Source of the DNA: Desulfobacteraceae bacterium
GTDB lineage: Bacteria > Desulfobacterota > Desulfobacteria > Desulfobacterales > JAABSP01
DNA length: 64,000 nt
Assembly: GCA_011390345.1 (NCBI GenBank)
Contig: JAABSP010000008.1
Coordinates: 21,277 to 85,276 of the forward strand
Direction of reading: 5' to 3'
In this document: piece after piece, positions 17,091 through 25,502 of the stretch
Position numbering within the stretch: position 1 is the first letter of the stretch
How the letters are laid out: each line of letters opens with the position of its first letter
Notes under the pieces: model-generated
The model's input: only the letters and a program-made list of their open reading frames with translations
The model's database searches: none
Told to the model about the DNA's origin: nothing
Program-made: the position numbers and the translations under genes

Positions 17091-19391
17091 ATGGGATATT
17101 CAATACTGGATGCCATCGGCAACACGCCCATGGTCGAGATCGTCAAGCTCAATCCGAACCCCCGGGTCCGGATACTGGCCAAGCTCGAATACTTCAACCC
17201 GGGCGGCTCCATCAAGGATCGGGCGGCTCTCTCCATGATCGAGGCCGGAGAGCGTTCCGGTGAGCTGACCCCCGACAGAACCGTGATCGAGGCCACCTCC
17301 GGCAACACCGGCATCGGCCTTGCCCTGGTCTGCTCCGTCAAGGGGTACCGGCTGCTGCTGGCCATGTCCGAGGCCGCGAGCATCGAGCGGCAGAAAATTT
17401 TAAAGGCGCGGGGGGCAGAGATCCTGCTGACGCCGGGCCATCTGGGAACCGACGGCGCGATCGAGGAGGTCTACCGGCTTGCGCGGGAAAACCCGGATGC
17501 CTATTTCATGGCCGATCAGTATAATAACCCGGCCAACTGGGAGGCCCACTACAGCGGGACCGCACAGGAGATCTGGGAGCAGACAAACGGGGAGGTCACT
17601 GTCGTTGTGGCAACGATGGGAACCACCGGAACCCTCATGGGGATCTCCCGCCGGATGAAGGAGTACAGCCCGAAGATCGAAATCATCGGTGTGGAGCCGT
17701 ATCTGGGTCATAAGATCCAGGGCCTGAAGAACATGAAGGAGGCCTACTGCCCCGAACTCTATGAAAAGGCGCGCCTCGACGAGAAGGTCAACATCGATGA
17801 TGAAGAGGCCTTTGAGATGACCCGCCGGTTGGCCCGGGAGGAGGGCCTTTTTGTGGGGATGAGCAGCGGCGCGGCCCTGGTCATCGCGGCCCAAAAGGCC
17901 GCATCAATGAAGGAGGGGACCATTGTCGTCATCTTCCCGGACAGCGGGGAGCGGTATCTGAGTACCTCTCTTTTTGCCGTAAAGGAGAAGGTCGATCTCA
18001 ATCTCTTCAACACCATGAGCCGCGACAAGGAGACATTTCAGCCCCTGATTCCGGGAAAAGTATCTCTTTATTCCTGCGGCCCTACGGCCGATGCCCGGCT
18101 TCATGCCGGAGAGTACCGGCGCTTCATCTTCTCGGATCTGCTCTGCCGGTATCTCGGTTTCCGGGGGTATGAGGTCAAACAGATCATGAACATCACCGAT
18201 CTGGACGACCGAACCATCAACGGCTCCGAAGAGAAGGGCGTGGAACTGACCGAGTTTACCGAGAAAAATATTGCGGATTTTCAAAGGGATCTCAAAACCC
18301 TCGGCATTCAGCCGGCCGCGGCCTATCCCAGGACCAGCGAGCATGTGGACGACATGGTCGCGGTCGCGGAGAAGCTCGTCAAAAAGGGTGTGGCCTACGA
18401 GAAGCTGCGCTCCTTATATTTCGACATCTCCCGGTTTTCCGACTACGGAAAGCTCTCCGGCGTGGATCTGAACAAGATCCGGCTCGGCGCGACCGTTGAT
18501 CTGGACGAATACGAGAAGGACAACCCCCGAGATTTCACCCTCCTGAAGCGCTCCCGCCTCTCGGAATTGAAGCGGGGCATCTACGTCAAGACCGAGTGGG
18601 GAAATGTCCGCCCCTCATGGCATCTCCAGTGCGCGGCCATCTCCATGAAGTATCTGGGGGAGATCTATGACATCCACACCAGCGGAAGAGAACTCGTATT
18701 TCCCCACCATGAAAACGAGATCGCGATCGCGTCGGCCCTAACCGGAAAGCCTCTGGCCCGATACTGGCTCCATTGCGACCGGGTGCTGGTGGAGGGGAAG
18801 AAGCTGGATGACCACGGCTGGTCCGTGACCATCGATGATCTGACGGAGATGGGTTACACCGGCAAGGAGATCCGCTTCTGGCTCCTTTCGGCCCATTACC
18901 GGAAGCCGGTGATCTTCTCCACGGACCGGCTCGATGCGGCCAGCCGCTCTCTGCAACGCCTGAACGCATGCATCCAGGCGCTGATCAATGTGAAAAACGG
19001 AAAGACCAGAGTATCCCCCGATCCCTTTCCGGAGCTGGATCAACTCCTGTATGACATCAAAAACGGCTTCATCAGCGCGATGGACGATGATTTGAACATC
19101 TCGGCCGCGCTGGCCGCGCTCTTCGGCAATGTCAAACGGATCAACAAGCTGGCCCTGGAAGGCCGTTTCAGCCAGAAGGATGCGGAGAAGATCCTGGAGT
19201 CCTTTTCCGGCATCGATTCTGTGCTGAACGTGCTCGACTTTACCGATTCTCTGGAAGATCCGAAGATCCGGGAGCTGATCCGGCAGCGGGAGGCGGCCAG
19301 AGCCGAAAATAACTGGGCCATCGCGGACCGGATTCGGGAGGAACTGCTCGAAAAGGGCGTCACGGTCCGGGATCGGAAGACGAACGGATAA
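17091..19391 (+). CDS. Fusion protein: cysteine synthase (CysK/CysM, PLP fold type II) + cysteinyl-tRNA-synthetase-like module with degenerate HIGH/KMSKS
   Basis: The N-terminal ~300 aa carry NPGGSIKDR (PLP Lys), TSGNTG and GTTGT. The C-terminal ~460 aa are collinear with CysRS (LYSCGPT, NITDLDD, WHLQCAAIS, DIHTSGRELVFPHHENEIA, AMDDDLN). The HIGH position reads LHAGEY and the KMSKS position reads GKKLD. Confidence 0.85.
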   Translation: MGYSILDAIGNTPMVEIVKLNPNPRVRILAKLEYFNPGGSIKDRAALSMIEAGERSGELTPDRTVIEATSGNTGIGLALVCSVKGYRLLLAMSEAASIERQKILKARGAEILLTPGHLGTDGAIEEVYRLARENPDAYFMADQYNNPANWEAHYSGTAQEIWEQTNGEVTVVVATMGTTGTLMGISRRMKEYSPKIEIIGVEPYLGHKIQGLKNMKEAYCPELYEKARLDEKVNIDDEEAFEMTRRLAREEGLFVGMSSGAALVIAAQKAASMKEGTIVVIFPDSGERYLSTSLFAVKEKVDLNLFNTMSRDKETFQPLIPGKVSLYSCGPTADARLHAGEYRRFIFSDLLCRYLGFRGYEVKQIMNITDLDDRTINGSEEKGVELTEFTEKNIADFQRDLKTLGIQPAAAYPRTSEHVDDMVAVAEKLVKKGVAYEKLRSLYFDISRFSDYGKLSGVDLNKIRLGATVDLDEYEKDNPRDFTLLKRSRLSELKRGIYVKTEWGNVRPSWHLQCAAISMKYLGEIYDIHTSGRELVFPHHENEIAIASALTGKPLARYWLHCDRVLVEGKKLDDHGWSVTIDDLTEMGYTGKEIRFWLLSAHYRKPVIFSTDRLDAASRSLQRLNACIQALINVKNGKTRVSPDPFPELDQLLYDIKNGFISAMDDDLNISAALAALFGNVKRINKLALEGRFSQKDAEKILESFSGIDSVLNVLDFTDSLEDPKIRELIRQREAARAENNWAIADRIREELLEKGVTVRDRKTNG

Positions 19392-19413
19392 AAGCGCACA
19401 TTAGCGCGAACAG

Positions 19414-20400
19414 ATGAAAGGACAGATTAGGATGAACCCTCTATATTTCCCCTTCACCCATATGACGGCGCCGGTTGCGGCCGCGTTTGCCCGCTGTTTT
19501 GAAAAGATTTTGATCTATGGGCCGATCTCTTTGGAATCAAGGCCCGATCCAGCCCCTTCTGACGCTGTTTCGGAAAAGGTGGATATCGATCTCCGCATCC
19601 CGGTTCAGGGGGACGAGGAGAAGCTTCTTCAGCAATTGAATTCCTATGTTGCCTGGGCCGATCTTCACGGCGGTGCGCTCTCACATTTCAAGGGAAGAGG
19701 AGGCGAGATCCCTTTCTATGATGAGAATACTTTGAGCCGAATCCGCTCGGAAATCAAAGGGATGAATCGGGAGATGGATCGGGAGAAGGGGCCGAAGCCG
19801 GACCCGCTCTTTACCGCGAGGATTTTTCTGCTGATGGCCGAACGGTTCGACCGGCAACAGGGAGAGCTTGAGGCCGGGCTGTCGGATTACGAAGGGATGC
19901 AGAAACAGTTGATGAAGGCCCTCAAAAGCGATGATTTCGAGGAGCAGAGCGACCCAATCCTTCCCTGGGGAGAGGACTTGGGGATCTATGCCACCCGGAG
20001 CCGGATCGAAGCCTGGGCCCAATTGGCCCAAAAAGAGAAGGAGATCCCGTCCCTCTGGATCACCCAAAGCCGCGCGGCCTTCGAGCAGATGATCGATGAT
20101 CTGCCCGAAGGCGAGACGGTTGCAGAGATCGAGGGGATACCGCTGATCGAACCGCCGGATCTCTTTGGATGGCGGGAGGCCCTCCAGGGGTTTCTGGAGG
20201 CGGCGCTGACCCAGGGTCCCGCTACAGCGGCCCCCTCGCCACCGGAAGGTGCGGGAAAAAGGATGCTCCGCCTGCGACTCCACCGGATCAGCGGGACAGG
20301 GCCGATGGAGGCCCTTACCCGGTTGAGCGGCGCCCAAAAGGAAGAATCCGAGGCCGGTGAAGAGAATCTGCTGATCGGTCTCCTGGAGCCTGTTCTATAA
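19414..20400 (+). CDS. Hypothetical protein (no recognisable domain)
   Basis: 328-aa ORF starting 22 nt after the CysK-CysRS-like gene, on the same strand and with coding-like composition. The start could instead be the MNPLYF ATG 18 nt downstream. Confidence 0.55.
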   Translation: MKGQIRMNPLYFPFTHMTAPVAAAFARCFEKILIYGPISLESRPDPAPSDAVSEKVDIDLRIPVQGDEEKLLQQLNSYVAWADLHGGALSHFKGRGGEIPFYDENTLSRIRSEIKGMNREMDREKGPKPDPLFTARIFLLMAERFDRQQGELEAGLSDYEGMQKQLMKALKSDDFEEQSDPILPWGEDLGIYATRSRIEAWAQLAQKEKEIPSLWITQSRAAFEQMIDDLPEGETVAEIEGIPLIEPPDLFGWREALQGFLEAALTQGPATAAPSPPEGAGKRMLRLRLHRISGTGPMEALTRLSGAQKEESEAGEENLLIGLLEPVL

Positions 20401-20473
20401 CCTGTTGATATGTATTTATCTATTTCCCCGCTCTTTTTTGAGAGGATTTTTTTAAAAAAAATGATAACAGGGC

Positions 20474-20501
20474 TTGACTCCCCGGATAAATCTGGTATAT
20501 G
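20474..20501 (+). promoter_or_regulatory. Sigma-70-like promoter upstream of the ferredoxin gene
   Basis: TTGACT-N16-TATATG, about 80 nt upstream of the ATG at 20584. Confidence 0.45.
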
Positions 20502-20583
20502 GGGTTTTCTCGTTTTTTACGGAAACATGTGATTCGATGGGAATCGCAGGCGAGGGAATAGAATAGAAAGGAGAAAGAACAAA

Positions 20584-20772
20584 ATGGCATTTATCCCTTC
20601 AGTAGATGAAGAAAAATGTGCGGGCTGCGAAGAGTGTGTGGATGTCTGTCCGGTGGAGGTATTCGAGATGCAGGACGGCAAATCCGTGCCGGTGAACGCT
20701 GAGGAGTGTCTCGGATGCGAGAGCTGCATCGAGGTGTGCGAGGAAGACGCCATCACCGTCGAGGAGACCTGA
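20584..20772 (+). CDS. 2x[4Fe-4S] ferredoxin
   Basis: 62 aa with two CxxCxxCxxxC(P/E) motifs (CAGCEECVDVCP and CLGCESCIEVCE). An AGGAGA RBS lies upstream. Confidence 0.9.
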   Translation: MAFIPSVDEEKCAGCEECVDVCPVEVFEMQDGKSVPVNAEECLGCESCIEVCEEDAITVEET

Positions 20773-20803
20773 TCCGCGTCTGAAGTCGATCCTGGAAGAT
20801 CTT

Positions 20804-20871
20804 AAATCCCCCGGCCTTTGTTCGGCAAAGTTGACTGAGCCGTCAAACGATGAGGCCCGGGGGATTTTTTT
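20804..20871 (+). terminator. Branched (three-way) hairpin followed by a T7 run, downstream of the ferredoxin gene
   Basis: Outer stem AAATCCCCCGGCC / GGCCCGGGGGATTT encloses two small hairpins (CTTTG-ttcgg-CAAAG and TTGAC-tgagcc-GTCAA). TTTTTTT follows. Confidence 0.55.
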
Positions 20872-20886
20872 ATGGAACCATGACCG

Positions 20887-21423
20887 ATGCCAATCCCCCG
20901 TTTATATCAGATAACCTTCTATACCCGATTTGGCCCCATGGGCTTTGTCCATGAAGCCGATCCTTTTCTCCTTCGACGGGTCTATCTGCCCCGGCTCGAC
21001 CTTACGGCCCTTGCCGAAGCCATGACCGCAGAATGGGGTCTTCTTCGGGAAGAGTTCCATACGGATGATTCGGCGCAGCGGATTCGGTCGTCGATTCTGG
21101 GGTATTTTGCAGGCAAGGCGTTGATCCTGCCCTGGGATCGGATGGCAAGAGAGGGGCTAACCGCGCTACAGTGGAGGACGCTGGAAATTGTGGCCGACAT
21201 CCCTGCCGGTGAGGTGCGCTCCTACGGGGAGATCGCCCGACAAATCGGACGGCCCAAAGCCGCCCGGTTCGTGGGAAGCGTCATGGCCAGCAATCCATTC
21301 CCCCTCCTCATTCCCTGCCATCGGGTGGTCCGGCAGGATCGAACCGTGGGCGGCTTTGGCGGCGGCCCCGAACTCAAAAAGCGCCTGCTCGACTTTGAGG
21401 GCGCAGACTACTCTTCAAAATAG
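20887..21423 (+). CDS. ogt: Methylated-DNA--protein-cysteine methyltransferase
   Basis: Active-site block LLIPCHRVV and the helix-turn-helix block SYGEIARQIGRPKAARFVG. The 3' end overlaps the convergent AMMECR1 gene by 16 nt. Confidence 0.85.
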   Translation: MPIPRLYQITFYTRFGPMGFVHEADPFLLRRVYLPRLDLTALAEAMTAEWGLLREEFHTDDSAQRIRSSILGYFAGKALILPWDRMAREGLTALQWRTLEIVADIPAGEVRSYGEIARQIGRPKAARFVGSVMASNPFPLLIPCHRVVRQDRTVGGFGGGPELKKRLLDFEGADYSSK

Positions 21424-21977
21424 AAGGCCTCGTAGGTCTTCACCACCGTATCCGGGTCCTTCCAGCAGTCTGATCCCATCTGCCCCTTCTGGCAGAGGTG
21501 CGTCAGGAAGGTCTCCGTCTCCGGAAGCTGCTCCCAGACCTGGGGCAGGAAGGTGGACTGGCGCCATCCCTTAGAGAGGATGACGCCGTGAACCCCTGGT
21601 TTCAGCTTGGCCTTCAGATCCTCCCCCCCACTCTGTTCGAGGATCTCTGGCGGTGTCAGTACGCTGATCTCGATGTGGATACGGGAAACCTCCTCTTCCG
21701 TAAGGGGGGGAAATCTCGGATCTTTGAAGGCCGAATTGAGGGCATTCTCCCGCACCGCATCCGCAAGCTCCGCGATCGGCTCGATGGTGCCGATGCAGCC
21801 TCTCAGATCCCCGTCCTTGTGAAGGGTGACAAAGCAGCCCCGCTTCTCCTTCATCATGTCCGTGATTTCGGCCGGGGGAGGAGCGGTTCTGCCGGTGAGC
21901 GCCTCTATGATCACATCCCGCGCAAATTTGAGCAGGATCTCCTGTTCCTTCGCGGTCGGATGGGACATTGAAATCAA
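21408..21977 (-). CDS. AMMECR1-domain protein (AmmeMemoRadiSam system protein A-like)
   Basis: Contains the AMMECR1 hallmark GCFVTLHKDGDLRGCIGT and is of typical length (189 aa). Confidence 0.88.
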   Translation of the reverse strand: MISMSHPTAKEQEILLKFARDVIIEALTGRTAPPPAEITDMMKEKRGCFVTLHKDGDLRGCIGTIEPIAELADAVRENALNSAFKDPRFPPLTEEEVSRIHIEISVLTPPEILEQSGGEDLKAKLKPGVHGVILSKGWRQSTFLPQVWEQLPETETFLTHLCQKGQMGSDCWKDPDTVVKTYEAFYFEE

Positions 21978-22192
21978 CCTCCTTTATCTTTTAGGAAAAA
22001 GAGCCAGTAGATGAAACCGGAAAACGCGCCGATGGAGACGACGGCATAGATGTAGCTCATCCAGTCGGTCGGCTTTTTGGCGATCCCGTGATCATCGGGC
22101 TCTCCCACCTTGTTCTTGCAGGAGAAGCATTGCGTGTCATTGATTGCAATGGTAACGGAGCAATAGGGACACTTCTTGGTGGTTTCCCGCAT
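21974..22192 (-). CDS. Small zinc-ribbon membrane protein
   Basis: 72 aa from ATG 22192: MRETTKKCPYCSVTIAINDTQCFSCKNKVG... plus a C-terminal TM helix (YIYAVVSIGAFSGFIYWLFF). The stop overlaps the AMMECR1 start. The longer track ORF overlaps ppiD. Confidence 0.6.
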   Translation of the reverse strand: MRETTKKCPYCSVTIAINDTQCFSCKNKVGEPDDHGIAKKPTDWMSYIYAVVSIGAFSGFIYWLFFLKDKGG

Positions 22193-22226
22193 GGCTTTCT
22201 CTCCTCCGCTGATTAAAAAAAAGCGG

Positions 22227-24116
22227 TTAATCCATATACTGCTCGATCTCACTCGATTCTCTGAGCTGAGCGATCCACTTTTCCAGGGTTTTAAATTCCT
22301 TCTGTCTAAGCAACTGCTTTTCCACCGAATCCTTCTGATTCTCAAATTCTTCGGCCTCCGGCAGCTTTTTCTCCTTTAAAGCGATAATATAATACCCTTT
22401 TTGCGCTTTTAAAGGGGAGTCGGGATAGGGATTTTCCCCAGTCAGTTGAAAAGCGGCCTTTGTGATCTCCTGTTCATAGCCGATCTCGGGAATCGCGCCG
22501 GTCCGCTTGAAGAAATCGGTGGTCTTCACTTCCAGTTCCCCGGCCCCGGCCGCATCGGTCAGGCTTGTTCCCTCTTTTGCGATCTGGGTCGCAAAGGCGT
22601 CTGCCGCTTCCTTTGCCTTCTCTTCCCGGAGTTCTCTGGTCAAATCCCTCTTCACCTTCTCCTTGACCGCATCGTATTCCTCCACCTGTGCCGGAAGTTT
22701 TTCCGTCACCTGGATGAGATAATAGACATCATTCAGATCGATGATGTCGCTGATCCCGTTCTCCTGCAGCTCAAAGGCCGCCCGGGCAAAGCCCCGTTTA
22801 TCGGTAATCTTCTCCGCATCAGGTCCCTGGCGGGTGAAAGGATCGGTTTCTGCCGGTTCAAGATTGTGCATCTTTGCGATCTCGGCAAGATTGTCCCCTT
22901 CGAAGGTAGCATCATAGAGGTTTTCCGCGGCCTCATACGCGAGAGTTTTTGCCCGCTGCTGAGCCAGCTTCTCCCGAATGGTTTCGGTCGCCTCTTCCAC
23001 GGTTTTGGTAGAAGCCTCGTTGACCTTTTCCACCTTTATGACATGCCAGCCGAACTGCGTCTTCACCGGCTCGCTGATCTGGCCGGGGGCCATCGAGAAG
23101 GCCGTATCGGAAAAGGGTTTGACCATGTCCCCCTGTTTGAATTCCCCCAGATCTCCGCCATTCTCCTTGGTGGGGCCTTCGGAGTGAGTCCTGGCCAGCT
23201 CTGCAAAGTCCTCCCCGGCTTTGGCCTTCTCCATGATCTCCAAGGCCTTTTTCCGCTTCTCCTCCACCGACTCTTCGCTCTCATCCGGCTCGGTCTTCAA
23301 CAGAATATGGCGTGCAGAGACGCTCTTTTCGGTCCTGAATTCCTCGATGTTCTCCTCGTAATCGGCCAGGATCTCCTCGTCTGTCACCGTCACCCCATCC
23401 GTAAAGATCTCCGGATCGATGCGGACATACCGGGCCTTGACCTTGGGTTCGCTCTTGTACTTCTCCTTATTCTTCTCGTAATAGGAGTGCAGCGCCTCTT
23501 CTGCCGGCTCGACATCTTCATACGCGGCCGGATCGAAGAGCACATAGTCGATTTTTACCTGGCTGTTGTTCCAGTGGAACCATTCCCGGGTCTCCAGCTC
23601 CGAGACCTTGACGTTTCCGGTGATAAAGGAGCGGATCTTTTCCGTGAGCATGGACTGGCGCTGCAGCACCTCGAAGGTTTCGGGGGTCAGCCGGTTCTGG
23701 CTCAGCACCGCCTGATAGATCCGATTGCTGAACCTTCCATCCTGCTGAAATACCGGCATGGTTCGGATGGCTTCAGCCAATTCCTCGTCCGTCACCCGGA
23801 ATTCCAGGCGCTTGGCCTCCTGAAGCAGAAGCCGCTGCTCGATCAGGCTGTTGATGGCCTGATTTTCCAGATCGAGCATCTTCAGGATATCATCGTTGAA
23901 ATTCTCACCGTACATCTGGCGGTACCGCTCTAGAAGATTGTTGTAGGCGGTCCGATACTCCTCAACGGTAATCGGCTCTCCGTTGACAAGGGCAATCTGG
24001 TTCTGGCTCTGGTCTCCATAGTTGCCGACACCCCACAGAACAAAGACAATGACAATGGCCCCTAAAATGATCTTGATAAACCAGCTTGTGGCATAATCCC
24101 GCATTAACCTGAGCAT
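22227..24116 (-). CDS. ppiD: Periplasmic chaperone / peptidyl-prolyl isomerase PpiD
   Basis: N-terminal TM anchor, a SurA-N-like region and a parvulin block (SARHILLK...FGWHVIKVE). Confidence 0.85.
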   Translation of the reverse strand: MLRLMRDYATSWFIKIILGAIVIVFVLWGVGNYGDQSQNQIALVNGEPITVEEYRTAYNNLLERYRQMYGENFNDDILKMLDLENQAINSLIEQRLLLQEAKRLEFRVTDEELAEAIRTMPVFQQDGRFSNRIYQAVLSQNRLTPETFEVLQRQSMLTEKIRSFITGNVKVSELETREWFHWNNSQVKIDYVLFDPAAYEDVEPAEEALHSYYEKNKEKYKSEPKVKARYVRIDPEIFTDGVTVTDEEILADYEENIEEFRTEKSVSARHILLKTEPDESEESVEEKRKKALEIMEKAKAGEDFAELARTHSEGPTKENGGDLGEFKQGDMVKPFSDTAFSMAPGQISEPVKTQFGWHVIKVEKVNEASTKTVEEATETIREKLAQQRAKTLAYEAAENLYDATFEGDNLAEIAKMHNLEPAETDPFTRQGPDAEKITDKRGFARAAFELQENGISDIIDLNDVYYLIQVTEKLPAQVEEYDAVKEKVKRDLTRELREEKAKEAADAFATQIAKEGTSLTDAAGAGELEVKTTDFFKRTGAIPEIGYEQEITKAAFQLTGENPYPDSPLKAQKGYYIIALKEKKLPEAEEFENQKDSVEKQLLRQKEFKTLEKWIAQLRESSEIEQYMD

Positions 24117-24303
24117 TCATTCACCTCTGATGCTAAAAGAATTTGGAAGCAGCAAATGGAGAGTCCTCTTCCATTTTACAGCAAAACCCTATCTATAAAC
24201 TTCGTATTTTATGATGCTTTTTTCGGCTTGTCAATCCTTTCCCGAATTGATTTGCAACGGTTCGGCCGGGGCGGCGCAGGGCGATGAAAAAGTCTGAAAG
24301 TAT

Positions 24304-24331
24304 TTGACAAACCCTGTAAATTTCTTACATT
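24304..24331 (+). promoter_or_regulatory. Sigma-70-like promoter upstream of the zinc-ribbon/HEAT gene
   Basis: TTGACA-N16-TACATT, about 80 nt upstream of the GTG start at 24411. Confidence 0.4.
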
Positions 24332-24410
24332 GTTTCCGCATCAACACGAATTTTCAAGACATTGATCGAAATCGGTTCGATATCCAAAATCGCTCACGGA
24401 GGAATATCCA

Positions 24411-25088
24411 GTGCATATAATCACCAAAGAAGAGGTTTTTGCCAAAATCATGTCTGCGGAGCGCCCCCAGTGTCCCCATTGCGGCGTCGAGATGAACATC
24501 TGGGAGGTTCCGCCGGTCCCCTGCGACGATGGTCTCGGGTGGGGAACCCCATACCTTTATATGTGTTTCAACGATGAATGTCCCACCTATGTCCAGGGCT
24601 GGGATCATATCGAGGGAACCTATGGGCGGACCGCATCCTACCGGTGCATCTGCTATCCCGAAGGCCGGAATTTCGAATATATGTCGGTTTTCGGGCCATT
24701 TGGCGGGAAGGGACAGATCATCGATGAGGAGGTCCTGGCAGAGCAGGAGGCCATGAAGGAGAAGGTCGAGAAGGGTTTTGCGGTACTCGATGAGATGGAA
24801 GCCCGAAAGGACGCGGCCGGGGTGCTGACGATCCTGGTGGATGCCAATGAACCGGCACGGGTTCGGGTCAGGGCTGCGGAGATGATCCGGGATATCGGAA
24901 CCCCGGCCGAGATCGACCCCCTGCGGGAGAAGGATTTCGGCAACGACATCATCCGCAAGAAGGTCGAGGCGGCCGTCAAGAAGATCCATGAGCGCAACTT
25001 CACCCGGGAATGTCCCTTCTGCGCCGAGATCATCAAGAGCCGGGCCAAGATCTGCAAGCACTGCTCCAAAGAGGTGGCTGGCCAGTAA
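24411..25088 (+). CDS. Zinc-ribbon / HEAT-like repeat / zinc-ribbon protein (paralogue A), function unknown
   Basis: Contains CPHCGVEM...CFNDEC, a central HEAT-like stretch (ARVRVRAAEMIRDIG) and the terminal CPFCAEIIKSRAKICKHC. It is collinear with the ORF at 52349..53020. Confidence 0.7.
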   Translation: MHIITKEEVFAKIMSAERPQCPHCGVEMNIWEVPPVPCDDGLGWGTPYLYMCFNDECPTYVQGWDHIEGTYGRTASYRCICYPEGRNFEYMSVFGPFGGKGQIIDEEVLAEQEAMKEKVEKGFAVLDEMEARKDAAGVLTILVDANEPARVRVRAAEMIRDIGTPAEIDPLREKDFGNDIIRKKVEAAVKKIHERNFTRECPFCAEIIKSRAKICKHCSKEVAGQ

Positions 25089-25184
25089 TTTCCGGGCGGT
25101 CAAGAGCGATCCGAAGTGCATGGCGTTTTTCCTCAAAAATCAGGTTGCTTTTTAAATCAGGTTGATTTTTCCGTCCGATGGTGT

Positions 25185-25412
25185 ACTCTCTTGACCGGTT
25201 GTGGTGTCGCCTTTTTGGGCGGTGAAAAGGGAATGCGGTGAGAATCCGCAGCGTTGGACCGGCGCTGTAAGCAGGGACCGGCCCCGCATATTGCCACTGC
25301 TTTTTTAAAGCATCGGATATGGATTTTCAAAATCCCCGATGTTTTATAGTGCGGGAAGGCGCGGGCCACGGAAAGATCTGCAAGCCAGAAGACCTGCCAT
25401 AACCGCAGGAAG
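25185..25412 (+). promoter_or_regulatory. Cobalamin (B12) riboswitch
   Basis: GGTGAAAAGGGAATGCGGTGAGAATCCGCAGCG...GGCGCTGTAAGC...GCCACTG...GGGAAGGC...AGCCAGAAGACCTGCC (B12 box at 25383-25398). These match the conserved cobalamin-riboswitch core blocks in the correct order. Confidence 0.85.
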
Positions 25413-25430
25413 ATGCGTCCGACAGATTCC

Positions 25431-25468
25431 GTGCTACAGGTATAAATCCTGTAGCACGGTTTTTTTTT
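25431..25468 (+). terminator. Intrinsic terminator (riboswitch expression platform)
   Basis: Perfect 10-bp stem GTGCTACAGG / CCTGTAGCAC with a 7-nt loop, followed by GG and T9. It lies 35 nt before the cobT start. Confidence 0.8.
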
Positions 25469-25502
25469 GCCTGAAAATCATGACAAAGAGATGGAGGTAA
25501 GA

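Noticed and set aside
21408-21977. An AmmeMemoRadiSam three-gene system.
   Set aside because: Only the AMMECR1 (protein A) gene is present. No Memo-like or radical-SAM partner lies in the window.
24362-24392. A tRNA-like T-arm string (GGTTCGATATCC).
   Set aside because: No acceptor or anticodon stems can be drawn around it. It is a short ATCGAA/TTCGAT hairpin in the leader of the 24411 gene. I saw no tRNA or rRNA signatures anywhere else in the window.
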